Assembly (NCBI GenBank): GCA_977017645.1
Contig: OZ360219.1
Span: 153,574,001-153,638,000, forward strand
Direction: 5' to 3'
Length of the DNA: 64,000 bases
Source: Torpedo marmorata
Taxonomy: Eukaryota
Each line of letters starts with the position of its first letter. Positions within the stretch are counted from its first letter, which is position 1. Below the pieces are notes generated by a model. That model was given only the letters and a program-made list of their open reading frames with translations, made no database searches and was not told the origin of the DNA. Made by a program: the position numbers and the translations under genes. This document shows, in pieces, positions 11,559-24,740 of the stretch.

Positions 11559-11984
11559 AGACGTGAGGTAATGTTGCAGCTCTCTAAAACTCTGGTTAGA
11601 CCACAGTTGGAGTATTATGTGCATTACAGTAAATATGTAGAAGGTTTAGAGAGGGTGCAGAAGAGATATACCAGGATGTTGCCTGGAATGGAGAGCATAG
11701 CTATGAGGCAAGGTTAACCCAGCTAGGGCTTTACCCTTTTGGAGTGACGAAGGATGAGAGGAGACTTAAAAGAAGTATATAAGATTATGAGAGGCAGAGA
11801 AATGGTGGCCAGCCAGAATCTTTTTCCCAGGGCGACAATGGCAAGTACCAGAGGACATCTGTTTAAGGTGAGTGGAGGAAAGTTCTGGGGAGATGTCAGA
11901 GGTGAGTTTTTTTCTACATAGTGCAGTGGGTGCCTGGAATACATTGCCAGGGATGGTGGTGGAGGCTGGTACAACAGGGAAATT

Positions 11985-14018
11985 ACCTTTGGCAGAATTA
12001 GTTAGAAAATATCCTAAAATAGTTGGTATTAAAGTTGGAATGGAAGAACATAAAATTAGTTTATTTGCAGATGATGTATTGATATATATGACAAAATCTA
12101 CTACATCCTTAGTACAATTGTCTGTGTTATTGAGAGAATATGGGGAAATATCTGGATATAAAATTAATTCTGATAAAAGTGAAATTATGGCATTATCACA
12201 AGGGGATTATAGTAGATGTAAAGAAATTACACAATTTAAGTGGGCAAAGGAAGGAATTAAATATTTGGGAATAAGGGTTGATACAAAATTGGCTAATTTA
12301 TACAAATTAAATTGTTTACCATTATTTGTGAAAATAAAGAAAGATTTAGAAAATTGGAAAGATTTACCTATAACTTTAATGGGAAGAGTAAATTGTATTA
12401 AAATGAATGTTTTTCCAAGAATTCAATATCTTTTTCAATCAATTCCTTATGGAATTCCTCAAAAATTTTTTAAAGATTTAAATTCAATTATTAGAAAATT
12501 TTTATGGAAAGGAAAGTTAGCAAGAGTAGGTATGGAAAAATTAACTTGGAATTATGAAATGGGTGGTTTACAACTTCCTAATTTCCAAAATTATTATAAA
12601 GCAGCTCAACTAAAATTTGTTAATGAATTTTTTGATTCAACTAAATCTTCTGCTTGGATTAAAATAGAATTAAATAATATAGGAGAAGATTCCAAAGAAG
12701 AAATTATTTATAAATGGGATTCTAAATTAATATCAACAAGGAAGAAAAATTCGCCTATTTTTAAACATTTGTTAGAAATATGGAATAAGACGGATAAGGA
12801 AATAGGAGGAAAAGGATTGATTTCTTCAAGGATGCCTTTATATCAAAATGGACTTATTCCATTTACTATTAATAATCAATTATTTAAAATTTGGTTTCAA
12901 AAAGGAATTAAGAAAATTAATGATTGTTTTGAAGCTGGAAAATTTATTTCTTTTCAAAGAATGAAAGATAAATTTAATATATTAGATAATACACTTTTTG
13001 CTTATTATCAAATTAGAGCTTTTCTGATTGAGAAATTAGGTTATGCTTTGATTTTACCAAGACAGAATGAATTAGAATTATTAGTTACTAAAGGAGATGT
13101 CAATAAATTTATTTCTCAAATGTTTAAATTGTTTCAGAGGAAAATGCCTAAAGTAGGAATTCATAAATCAAGATTAAAATGGGAATTAGATTTGAATGTA
13201 AGAATAGATGAAAATCATTGGAAAGAATTATGTAAATTAAGTATGACGAAGATTATTAATGTTAGATATAGATTAGTACAATACAATTTTTTTCATCAAT
13301 TATATTTAACACCTAAAAAACTAAAGAAATTTAATCCGACATTATCAGGTTTATGTTTTAGATGTAATAAAGAGGAAGGGTCTTTTGTACATTCTACATA
13401 GTTTTGTCCAAAAGTTTATGATTTTTGGCTGAAAGTTAAAAAATTTTTAGATAAAGTATTTAAGATTACATTTCCAATGGATCCTATGATATTTTTGTTT
13501 GGAGATATTAGATAATTTAGTATTAAGATGAAATTAAATATGTATCAAATAGAATTTTTGCGAATTGCTTTAGCTGTTTCAAAGAAATGTATTGCTATTA
13601 CTTGGAAATCTGAATTAGATTTAGGATTAGAAAGATGGCATGCAGAACTTCGTTCGTGTATACCACTTGAAAAAATTACTTATAATTTACGTAACAAATA
13701 TCATTTTTTCTTAAAAATTTGGAGCCCATATATGAAAGTTGTTGGTTTAAGGATTTGAAGATCTCTGGATATCGGATCTACTGGCATACCTGACCTCCAC
13801 AATAGAATTAGTTTATAGATTGGCATTCTCCTTACTCTATTTTTTTCTTTCTTTTCTCTTCTTCCTTTTCTATTTTTATTTTCTATTTTTATTTTTATTA
13901 GATTAGTGGGGAGGGGGGGTGAAAATGTATCACAAATAATTTGATAATTTTATATTTTATTTTATGTATTTTGTGATTTAAAAATTTTAAATAAAATATT
14001 TAAAAAAAACTTTAAAAA
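11985..14018 (+). mobile_element. 5'-truncated AT-rich L1 (ORF2 RT and C-terminal CCHC region)
   Basis: SLFADD RT motif, YLGI, CxxC...H; A-rich tail; 12-bp TSD AACAGGGAAATT (11973-11984, 14019-14030); stop at 13399-13401. Confidence 0.93.
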
Positions 14019-14309
14019 AACAGGGAAATTCAAAACACTCTTAGATAGGCATATGTATGTAAGAAAACTGGAGTGTATGGGTGTGTGGTTAGGAAGGGTT
14101 GGATAGTTGTGGAGAAGCTTAACATAGGTCAGCACAGCAATGTGAGCCTGAAGGGCCTGTATGTTCTAATATTTGAGTAATAGAAGCATCAAGAATAGCT
14201 TTACTAGTTTAATGTTAACTTTATTTTGCTTAAGTATCACCTAATTAAGAAAGATAACTTAATCTATGCCCATGTGTAATCCTTTTTAACCCACATTTTC
14301 TCAATTAAT

Positions 14310-15810
14310 GGAATCATAGAGCTATACAGCACTGAAACAGGCCCTTCAACCCAACTCATCTATGCTGACCAAGATGCCAGTCCCATTTGCCAGTGGTTGG
14401 CCGATATCCTTCCTAACCCTAACCTTCAGCCCAACTCATCTATGCTGACCAAGCTGCCAGTCCCATTTGCCAGTGGTTGGCCGATATCCTTTTTAAGTTG
14501 GCCTCATCAGCAACAATGATGAGTCGCACTACAGAGAAGAAAGAGATGGAAAATCTTCTGAAATGGTGCGAGAGTAACAACCTGAGTCTCAACATGGACA
14601 AGACGAAGGAGATGATCGCGGACATCAGGAGGACCAGGAACGACCACCCTCCACTACAAATCAATAGCTCCGTAGTAGAGAGTGGAGAGCATCAAGTTTC
14701 TTGGACTTCACTTAACTAGTGACCTATCATGGACACTCAACATCTCCTCACTTGTCAGGAAGGCGCAACAGCGACTGCACTTCCTGAGAAGACTGAAGCG
14801 GGCAAGGCTACTGGCCACCATTATGTCAACCTTCTATAGGAGCTCTATTGAGAGCATCCTGGGTGGCTGCATCACAGTGTGGTACGGTTACTGCAGAGAA
14901 GTGGATCACTGGAGTCTCCCTCTTCCCCCATCGACGTGATCTACCGGGATCGTTGTCTGAAGAGGGCGCGCAAAATCATTGAGGACCCCTTCCACCCTGC
15001 ACACAGCATCTTTCAGTTGCTCCCATTGGGGAAGAGATACAGGAGTATCAGAGCCAGCACCACCACGGGCAATGAGAATGCTGAACGACCAAAGGAACTG
15101 CTCACACTAACCATCCGAGACTCTCAATTGTACAAAACAATATTTATTTATTAATTTTTATAGATAAAATACTTGTACTGCATATGTATTATTTATCTGT
15201 ATGTGTGTTATGTCTGGTTGTGTGTCTGCATGTTTTGCATCGAGGACCGGAGAATGCTGTTTCGTTGGGTTGTACTTGTACAATCAGATGACAATAAACT
15301 TGACTAAACCTTCTCTATCCACATACTTGTCTAAATGTCTTTTAAACATCATACTCGCCACTACAGCGTCTTCTAGCAGTGTGTTCCATACAAGCACCAG
15401 TCTGTCTGTGTTGGGGGGTGGGTAGGTACTGCTCGGGTCCCTTTTTAAATCCTACCCCTTTCACCTCAAACCTGTAACCCCTAGTTTTACACTCCCTACC
15501 GTCAAGAATACTGACTGTCATTCTCATGCTTTTATAAACATCTGTAAGGTCACCCCTCAGCCTCCTGCAGTCGAGGGAAAGAGGTCCTAGCTTATCCAGC
15601 CTCTCCTTGTAACTCAAGCATGCCAGTCCCAGTAACATCTTCTTGAATCATGTTTGCACCCTTTACAGCTTAATGACATCCTTCTTGTAGCAACTGGACC
15701 AGAACTGCACATGATACTCCTCATGGGGGCTTACCAGCATCTTATACAGCTATAAAATGAGATCCCAAGTTTTGTTCTCAATGCCCTGACTGTTGAAGGC
15801 AAGTGCAAGA
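14310..15810 (-). mobile_element. CR1 3' fragment, interrupted by Rex1, with an 80-bp-period internal duplication
   Basis: LSYKERLDKLGxLSLxxRRLRGDL on the minus strand; repeated block at 14343-14411 and 14423-14491. Confidence 0.75.
14497..15305 (+). mobile_element. Rex1/Babar LINE 3' part
   Basis: WCxxNNLSLNxDKTKEMI, KAQQRLHFLRRL, RYRSI motifs; GACAATAAACTTGA tail. Confidence 0.85.
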
Positions 15811-15825
15811 GTCGTAGGCTCAATA

Positions 15826-16088
15826 ACTTACCTTTGCCGTGGCGCTCCGATGCCTCGTCGGGTTGTGGAGAGCTTGCGACGTTCGTAGGCCGTCCTCGGC
15901 CTGTTTGTACTCTGCGCATGCGCTGGAGTGCCGACGGGCGCATGCGCAGTCTGAAATTGACGTCGTGCGCGGTGTAGTATGGGAAATGTAGTATGCGCGG
16001 TGGAGAGTGCGCAGTGGAATAGGAGCGATGTGAGCATGCGCGAATCGTAAAGGGAATAGTAGAAAAATGGCGACGTAGTAGGGTGAGT
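15826..16088. promoter_or_regulatory. CpG-rich, housekeeping-type bidirectional promoter-like cassette with outward-facing splice donors
   Basis: NRF1 palindromes (15913-15923, 15938-15948), CRE-like TGACGTC (15958), ZNF143/SBS motif TGGGAAATGTAGT (15980-15992), YY1 AAAATGGCG (16064); + donor G|GTGAGT at 16083 and - donor AAG|GTAAGT at 15831. Confidence 0.65.
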
Positions 16089-16784
16089 GACATTGCCATA
16101 TCTTTATTGACCGTTTCAAGACGTTTCATAGCGTTTCATAGATCATTTCATCGAGCCTTTAAACTAGTTTATTTGTAGTTTAAAGTAGTTTAATTGAACA
16201 TCTGAATACAGTCAAAAGGAATCATTTAAAGGAACTCATACATCATTTTCAAGAACTGTTTATATTAAAGTCATTGAAGATTACTGCAAGTCACGTGTGT
16301 AAATAAAGTTTTTGAACATATTGGACTTTGTTGGTAAATTAATTGAAACGCGTCAAAGACAAGTATCTCACTTAACCTCCAGGTGACTAATGTTGGATCG
16401 AAGTCATCATAATAGCAAGTATGCCATGTACCTTCTTCATCACCCTATCTACTTATGTTCTGATTTAACATTCCTTGCTTTCATTGTTTCAGAAGAAATA
16501 AAACTAATTGCTTTTCTCACCTTTTGTATTATTGGATTCTATTCTCCACTTCAGAAGCATCAGGGTTTTTTCAAGATTGCCACACAAGGTATTTTCATTT
16601 GCTGAAAACCAGCTTGGACATGGAAGATTAATGAATGTTGTCAAAATTCAGGAATTATTGTTCATTTTCCTGATATGCCCATGTTCATTAAACAAGAATG
16701 CGTGTGTTTATCATTGCTTATGATAATACCTCTCGCTTAACCAGAGCTAGGCAGCAAATTATGATTCTCTCACATAGCAGCAGA

Positions 16785-17070
16785 ATTGGCTTGATGGTAG
16801 GAGACAGAAACTGATGGTGGAGTTTTGTTACTCAGATTGGAGGCCTGTGACTAGTGGTGTGCTGCAGGGATCGATGCTGAGTTTTACTGCTGTTTGTCAT
16901 CTATATTAATGACTTGGATGACAATGTAGTTAACATGGTAAATTTATGGATGACACCAACATAGATTGTATAGTGAACAGTAAGGAAGGTTATCTAAGAT
17001 TACAACAGGATCTAGATGAAGTGGGAAAGTGGGCCAAGGAATGGAGGACGGAATTTAAATTGGACAAGGC
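16785..17070 (+). mobile_element. CR1 RT fragment
   Basis: Degenerate NWL..RRQ..V...SGVxQGS and YINDLD coding sequence. Confidence 0.7.
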
Positions 17071-17572
17071 TCCTCAATTCCTAGATGTATATGTGTATTA
17101 GCATGTTATGTTTTTTTAAATTGTATTATGATATTTATGTACATCTGCCCATGGACCTGGAGAAACGCTATCTCGTCTTACTGTGTATATGGTAATGAAC
17201 GACAAATAAAGGTGACTTGACTAGACGAGGTGTTGGTTAAATCATGGCAAGTTGAATGATAGGGCCCTGGACTGTTTGACCTGCTGAGTTTCTCCAGCAT
17301 TTGTGTTGTTAAGCTTGAAGGGGTGTAGAAGATTCACTAGAATGTTGCTGGAACTGGTAGGCTTGAATTATAAGGGTTGGCTGGAACTTTTCTCCCTGGA
17401 GCATTGGAGACCATGGGGGGTCCTTTACATAATGTAGGGATCTAAAACTAGAGGACAATAGCCCCTTTCACACCACCAACCCACCTAGGAAGCGAGAAAA
17501 CTTACAGGGAAAGCTTGTCTCGGGAGCTTTTTACACTGCACCATTATTTGCAGGTAATTCGCCAACTCGGGA

Positions 17573-18400
17573 TTTTTTTAAAGTCTCTTTATTAATTCCA
17601 TAAAATCATGGATATAACAGTTCATTCACTATATACGTTTACAGAAAACAAAAAGCAAAGAAAAGCATTATCACATGTTCCATTAATCCATCCATAACAA
17701 AGTATACATTACAGATATATATCATTTTTTTTCTTTACAATTTAGTATTATAATACCAATAGGTATAAAAAGAACCAAGCCACAAAAAAAAAATTAAAAT
17801 ATAGTAATTTCATCATAATACATTTTTTTATAAAAGCTAAAGCAATCTAAACTAGCCTACCACCTACCCCCACCCCAGAATTGCACTGACCTGTAGAAAT
17901 AATATAACTTCAAATCATGAGGAATCATAAACTCTGATAATAGTCGATAAAGGAACCCCAAATATGAGTAAATTTTAGGTTTAATTTAATATTTGAACAT
18001 CTAATCTTTTCTAATGTTAAATAGGACATTAAACTTGATAGCCAATCTTCATATATAGGAGGATTACCATCCTTCCATTTTAGCAAGATCTGTCAGCTTG
18101 CAACCAGAGAAGAAAAAGCAATCACATGTTTTTGATTATTAGTAAGATCATGATTACTAGGATCATTTATACCAAATATTGCTATAAATGGATTTGGATC
18201 TAATTGAGTAGCTAAAACCAAAGAAAGAGTACAAAAAATTTTGTTCTAAATCTAACTAAGGGCACAACCAAAACATGTGAAATAATGTATCTTCATGAAC
18301 ATTACATCTATCACACATAGATGATATATTTGATGAAAATTTAGCCAGTAAAGATTTCGAGTAATGAGCTCTGTGAACTACTTTGAATTGAATTAAATTA
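17573..18400 (-). mobile_element. L1 3' fragment of a second family
   Basis: QFKVVHRAHYSK...CDRC...HMFWLCP; T-rich end at about 17573. Confidence 0.8.
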
Positions 18401-18559
18401 TTCTTGCACATAATGAAGAGGTATGGATACGGTCCAAAATATTGGACCACACTGAAGGTGAAAAAACTTCTAAAAAATCTCTTTCCCAAGCCTCCTTTAT
18501 TTTATCCACATGCTGTATCACATTTTCTTTTAAAAGGTTATAAAATACTGACAATGGGC

Positions 18560-19015
18560 CCGCTCCCTCACGCTGCCCGCTTCCCTGCCCCGCTCCCTCA
18601 TGCCGTTCGCTCCCCTGCCCTGCACCCTCACACCGCCCGCTCCCCCGCCCTGCTCCCTCACGCAGCCCGCTCTCTTACGCTGCCCGCTCCCTCGCCCTGC
18701 TCCCTCACGCCGGGGCTGTCGGGATTGAGCGGGGCGGTGGGATCGGTATGGGGCTGATAGGGGGGAGATGGGGCAAGAGGAAGGGGGAATGGAAGAGAGG
18801 GAGGGGTGGGGAGGGAGGGGAATGGAGGAGGAAGGGAGCGGGGTGGCGGGGTTCAGGTCGCGGGGCTCAGGCAGCAGAGCGGGGCGGGGGGCTGTCAGGC
18901 AGCGGGGCTCAAGGAGCGGGGCGGGGGGCTGTCAGGCAGCGGGGCTCAGGCAGCGGAGTGGGATGGGGGGCTGTCAGGCAGCGGAGCTCAGGCAGCAGAG
19001 CGGGGGGCTGTCAAA
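18560..19015. repeat. GC-rich imperfect tandem repeats, C-rich then G-rich
   Basis: About 30-bp CCCGCTCCCTCACGC units at 18560-18710; GGGGGCTGTCAGGCAGCGGGGCTCAGG units at 18860-19015. Confidence 0.75.
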
Positions 19016-19769
19016 CTGCCAGACTGATGCAAGCACGCAGGCACTTATGTCACTAATGGTACCTGGTAAGTCGAGTAGACCATTCACACCGCCAGAAGGT
19101 GATTAATGAGTTAACTCGGCCTTATGTATTTTCACACCGCGTGATTTTTCCCTCCAATTTGGAGGATTAACTCACATGTAATCGGCGGTGTGAAAAGGCC
19201 TATAGATTTAAGATGAGAGGAGAAAGATTTAAAAGGAACCTGAGGAGCACGTCCTTCACGCATAGGAGAGTGCATATATGGAACAAGCTGCAGAGAAAGT
19301 GGTAAAAGCAGGGACAATTGTAATGTTCAAAAGGCATTTAGACAGATACCTGTATATGGAAAGGATCAGAGGGATATGGGCCAAACGCGGGCAAATGGGA
19401 CGAGCTTGGTCATATGGACAAGTTGGACAAAAGGACCTGTTTCCTTGTTATAGTACTCTATGATTTGAATGAAACATCAGCTCTGACATTTTATAAAGCA
19501 CTATTGTTAAAATAAGTTAAAACGACTCTACCCAAATGTTAGATGCATGGTGATTGGTTGGAAGAAATAACTGGTACTCCCTTGATCCAACTCTGTTTTA
19601 AATTCCTAAATTTAGCCTCAGTCCAAGAACATTCATCCAAAATTAAACATTTGTTGTCGATCATTGATCAATATAACTCTAAGATCATGTATAGTAGTTT
19701 GGTTCTGAATGTTACTTGAATAAGTTTTAAAAATTTGGTTGCATCTCTTACCATCACCACATCCCACTC

Positions 19770-20690
19770 TTCAAGTTTATTTGTCATCTGATTGTACCAG
19801 TAAAACCCGACGAAACAGCATTCTCCGGTCCACGGTGCAGAACAGTGCAAAACACGTGTACAGACATAACACGTACAGATAAATGACACATATACATAGT
19901 ACATATGTACATATATTAAAATGAATATTATTAATAAATAGAGTCGTGGAGAGTTGTTTTAGCAGCCATTCAACAGTCTCACTGCCCATGGGAAGAAGCT
20001 GTTCCTCAGCTTGGTGGTTCTGGCTCATATACATACTTCATTTTTACTAATTGGAGTAGCTGGAAGATGCTGTGGACGGGATGGTAGGGACCCTCCCTGA
20101 TTTTGCGAGCCCTTTTTAAACAAAGATCCTGGCAAATCACATCAGAGGGTGGAGGGAGTTAGACCCCATTGATCCTCTGCCGCTTTTATGGTCCTGTGGA
20201 TTGACCTCCGATCCAATGCTCTCCAGCAACCGTACCACACTGTGATACAGCCAGCCAGGACGCTCTCAATAGAGCTCCTGTAGAAAGTTGACAGAATGGT
20301 GCCCAGTAGCCTTGCCCACCTCAGCCACCGAAGGAAGTGCAGTCGCTGTTATGCCTTCCTGACAAGTGAGGAGATGTTGTGTGTCCAGGATAGGTCACTT
20401 CTCAAGTGGACTATGAGGAACTTGGTGCTCTCCACTCTCTCCACTACCGAGCTATTAATGTGTCGTGGAGGGTGGTCTCCTGAAGTCCACAACCATCTCC
20501 TTTGTCTTGTCCAAGTTGCGACTCGGGTTGTTATTCTCGCACTATTTCACAAGATTTTCCACTTCTCTATTCCAACTCTTCATTGGTGCTGATGAGGTGT
20601 ATTCTGCAAACTTGATGACTGTTGGAGCTAGATCTGGCGTTGCAGTCGTGGGTCAGTAGTGTGAACAAGAGTGGACTGGGCACACAGCCC
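19770..20690 (-). mobile_element. Rex1/Babar LINE 3' part
   Basis: Reverse-complement homology to 14497-15305 and 22250-23235. Confidence 0.8.
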
Positions 20691-21134
20691 TGAGATTTTC
20701 CCATTGAAAATCAACACCTGCTGTCTACATTGCTGCAAGTCTCTCTGCATCTTTAGAAATGGGCTGCTCTTTTCTACCTGTGTATGGATAAATCCACAGA
20801 AGACATTGACAGCATTTGCCTGTGAGGGTGTGCTGAAAACACATAGAAGTCCTTTTTTTGTCATCGGAAGAGGGGACGTCTTACAATTGCACAGAAATTG
20901 TTTGATATAAAGTGATGTGTTCTGTTGAAGATCAACTGTAACGTGGAATGACATGTCTCTGAGGTTATTTGACATACTTTCCCTGTGCTAGAACTTTGCA
21001 CTTGCCTCCTTCATCTGTTTTTTGAAAAAAAATCCTATCCTTAATCGTAATAAATTTTGAACTCTTATTTTGTTTCCAATTCTTTGCCAAGTAACTTCAA
21101 TCTGTTCTTTTACCAATTTTTGTAAAAGATCATA

Positions 21135-23235
21135 AGTCAACCTTGCAAATTAAAGACGACAACACCTCCCTTCTGGACAGACTGAACATCTTCTGTGCAT
21201 GGAACAGGATGATGCCGAAGAAAGCTCCGTGTCCCCCTGCATAGCTGCAGCTGAGGTGCAGAGAACCCTATCCAAGGTGAACTCATGCAAGGCAGTGGGA
21301 CCGGAACTTCGTTCGTGTATTCCTTTGGAGAAGATTACTTACAATTTACGCAATAAATATAATTCTTTTTTAAAAATTTGGAGCCCATATATGAGAGCTA
21401 TGGGTTTAAGGATTTGAAATCTCTAGAAATCAGGTCTATTGGCGAGTTTAACCTCCAGGATAAAATTAGTTTTTAGGTGGTTCTCTCCTCACTATTGATC
21501 TATTTTTCTTTTTGTTTTTTTACTATGTATTTTTTTAAATTTTTTTTATTATTATTTTTTTTTAGAATAGTGGGGTTGGGGGGGTTAGGGAAGGGTGGGA
21601 GGGTGTGGGGGGAGGAAATTTATATCACTTGTATTTTGGAAACTACGTATTTTGATTTGTGTACTGTGATTTAAAAATTTAAATAAAATAAAAAATAAAA
21701 AAAAAGGCAGTGGGACCAGACAACATACCTGGTTGTGTACTGAAGGACTGCGCAGCCCAATTGACAGAGGTCTTTATGGACATCTTCAACACCTCACTGC
21801 AGCAGTCCATTGTTCCTGTGGGTTTCAAGACAGCCACCATCATCCCAGTACCAAACATGGCGACAATAAAGGCCTCAATGACTACTGCCCTGTGGCACTG
21901 ACCTCCACCATTATGAAATGCTTCGAGTATCTGGTAATGGCATGCATCAAAGCATATCTCCCAGAGACGCTGGACCCATTTCAATTCGCCTATACAAGAA
22001 CTCGTTCCACTGATACTGTAGCCTTGTCCCTCCACTCTGTCCTGACCCACCTGGAGAATGACGCCTCATATGCTAGGCTATTATTTATCGACTTCAGCTT
22101 GGCGTTTAATATGATCATTCCCAGAGGCTGGTGGAGAAGCTGTCCTCGCTGGGACCCAACACCCCTTTCTGTAACGATTCTGTACTTCCTGGCAGAAAGA
22201 CCACAGTCTGTCTGGGTTGGTGGCAGGACGTCGAGCACTGTCACGCTCAGCACAGGCACACCACAGGGCTGTGTACTCAGCCTGCTCCTGTGCACGCTAT
22301 TGACCCACGACTGCATCACCAGATCCAGCTCTAACAGAGTCATCAGGTTTGCAGATGACAACAGTAGTTGTCCTCATCAGCAACAACGTTGAGTCACACT
22401 TCAGAGAAGGGGAGGAAAATCTCGTGATATGGTGCGAGAATAACAACCTGAATCTCAACATGGACAAGACGAAGGAGATGATCGTGGACTTCAAGAGGAC
22501 CAGGAACGCCCACCCTCCACTACACATCAACAACTATGTCGTGGAGAGCACCAAGTTCCTTGGAGTCCACTTAACAAGTGACCTATCATGGACACACATC
22601 TCCTCACTTGTCAGGAAGGCACAACAGTGACTGCACTTCCTGAGAAGACTGAAGCAGGCAAGGCTACTGGCCACCATCATGTCAACCTTCTACGTGAGCT
22701 CTAGAAAGAGCGTCCTGGCCAGCTGCATCACAGTGTGGTATGGTTGCTGTAGAGAATTGGATCATAGGTCAATCCTCAGGACCATAAGAGTGGCAGAGAG
22801 CATCACTGGGGTCTCCATTCCACCTCCCCACACCCCCCCCCCATTGACGTATGTACCGGGATCGTTGTCTGAAGAGGGCGCGCAAAATAGTTGAGTACCC
22901 CTACCACCCCGCACACTGTATCTATCAACTACACCTGTCGGGAAAGAGATACAGGAGTATCAGAGCCAGCACCATCAGACTGAGAAACAGCTTCTTCCCA
23001 CGGGGAGTGAGAATGCTGAACGAGTAGAGGAACTGGCCACATTGACCATCTGAGACCCTAATCCTTACTAAACAATATTTATTTAATATATCTATATTTG
23101 TCCAGTAATATCTATTGTTTGTCTGTATGTGTGTTATGTCTGGTTGTGTTTTTCCATGTTTTGCACCGAGGGGGACGCTGTTTCGTCAGGTTGTATGTAC
23201 TTGTGCAATCGGATGATAATAAACTTGAACTTTGA
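21135..23235 (+). mobile_element. Rex1/Babar LINE RT region, degenerate, interrupted by L1
   Basis: GPDNIPG, LNDYxPVALTS, LDPFQFAY, LLFIDFSxAFN, GTPQGCVLS, FADD; (CTTGAA)n tail. Confidence 0.88.
21303..21703 (+). mobile_element. Short L1 3' end inserted in Rex1
   Basis: ELRSCIPLEKITYNLR..., polyA; 14-bp TSD AAGGCAGTGGGACC (21289-21302, 21704-21717). Confidence 0.9.
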
Positions 23236-24640
23236 ACTTTTGTCAGTGGAAATAGTTTCTCATTATTTAGCTTGTCAAAACTTTCTAGAATTTTGAATGT
23301 ATTTATCAATTTTATTTTTTACTTGCTCCGAGAAAAACAATCACAAATTTCTTAGTTTCTCCACACAACTAAAGATGAACTCCAGTGCTCCATTTCCAAG
23401 GCTTAGGCATCCTTCTAAAATGTGCTACCCAGAGTTAGGATTAAACTTAAACAATGTTAAGCATAATTTCTTTGATTTTGTTTTGTATTTTTCTTTCTAT
23501 GAAGCTGTTTAAATGCCAAAGTTATTTTGTGTAAAAAAAAAAAAAAAAAAAAAAGCCTTCTCAACTCTTTCTGCAGGATGTTTAGGGAGGGGCTGTAGGA
23601 TTCTCCCCCCCCCTCTTCCTTATTCTCCATGCCCATTCATCACAATAATCATTAATATCATGAGTATATATTTATGAATGTATTATAGTCTTTCAGGGCA
23701 AACAAGGTTACGTTTCTGCACAGCAACCTTCAAATATCCTGATAGTCACTTGGTTCTAGACTCTTATCATTTAAGTGATACTGAATGTCCTCATCCTTAT
23801 TTCATTGTCAGAATGAATCAGTTCACATTCCTTGCATTAAATTTCATATCTTCCTGACATTTGAGAGAATCTGCTTCCTTCCATATTTGAGTTTTGTAGG
23901 ATTTGCAAATACGTCAGAAAGAGGAAATTATACATTATATCTGAGTTTGAAAACCAATGATCACTATTTTCAGTGCCTTAGCAAAGTTTTGTTTGGTTTG
24001 TGCTGCTGTTGTCCCTTTCATTCCAAAGATCTCAATTGTGTAACAAGTCCTTTATTTGGATCAGCCTTTGAAAGTACATATACATTTTGGTCCTCTGTCA
24101 CATCGGCAAACATCAAAGTAGTTGAATGGGTCATTGATAATAACAGTTCAGCCATTTTTTTTAAATGTGATAACAGTTCAGCCATTTTTTTAAATGGTCG
24201 ATGATTTTGTCGCAGGTTATTGTCTAAATTTTATTCTTCTGCTAACACGAAGCCTCCATAAAAGACCATGACTGGAGGAGGCTGACAACCAACAGGGCAT
24301 TGTCACAGCAACACTGTGGAAATGAAATGGCATATCTGTGATCCATTGGCTGTGATGTGAAAGACCAAATCATTTCATGGTTGATGACAACAATAGTTAA
24401 TTGTCCAATGTGACTTTAAATGTTGTGATGAATCTTTTGTGACTCCCTGATTTGGGGTGACATCTTGATTGGAAAAACACCACCTCCAACAGTGCTCCAG
24501 GACTAAATTGAAATTTGTGATGGTATCTTAGAGTTTAAAGTATAACTTCTAGCTTTGTTGGCTTATGATATGTTTTGAATGTATCAATCACTAAATATTT
24601 CCAGTACTGATATTGCTCTGAAACAATTTGTCTTCTCCAG

Positions 24641-24740
24641 ATGTTGTGCACTTTTGTGATCTTTACTCTGAGGACAGTTTCTTCCAAGGTCAAGGAGATT
24701 ACCAGTTTGATATATACAGAAAAATGAAGGAAGTAAATCT
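24641..24740 (+). CDS. HASPIN: Haspin coding exon (DVVHFCDLYSEDSFFQGQGDYQFDIYRKMKEVN)
   Basis: ttctccag| ... |gtgagt; haspin activation-segment motif FxGxGDYQFDIYR; phase 1 to phase 2. Confidence 0.95.

Larger units (their letters stand above)
8260..14170 (+). mobile_element. Near full-length degenerate CR1 LINE (SGNH-esterase ORF1, APE-RT ORF2), interrupted by Penelope and L1 insertions
   Basis: ORF1 remnants VIGxSLVR and VHVGTND; APE motifs YFNVRSIRNK, GDFNFPNIDW, SDH; RT motif DFSKAFD; CR1 sequence resumes at about 11560 and again at 14031. Confidence 0.88.
17460..19201. mobile_element. Non-autonomous PIF/Harbinger-like TIR element inserted in a CR1 tail, containing an L1 fragment and GC-rich tandem repeats
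   Basis: TIRs AGCCCCTTTCACACC / GGTGTGAAAAGGCCT; flanks rejoin to CR1 ...ACTAGAGGACA-TAGATTTAAG; internal TTCACAC motifs. Confidence 0.65.

Noticed and set aside
11872-13401. 509-aa ORF as a novel fusion protein
   Set aside because: It is chance read-through from CR1 sequence across the TSD into a 5'-truncated L1 ORF2.
14412-14424. Telomere-like CCTAACCCTAACC at a duplication junction
   Set aside because: Only two units, and explainable from the CR1 sequence itself (TAAACCTT continues at about 15305).
20628-21015. Minus-strand exon candidate or 115-aa ORF in unique sequence
   Set aside because: All frames from the apparent acceptor hit stops and no motif is recognisable; support is too weak without a search.
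24140-24197. 30-bp tandem duplication in an intron
   Set aside because: Simple local slippage with no further structure.
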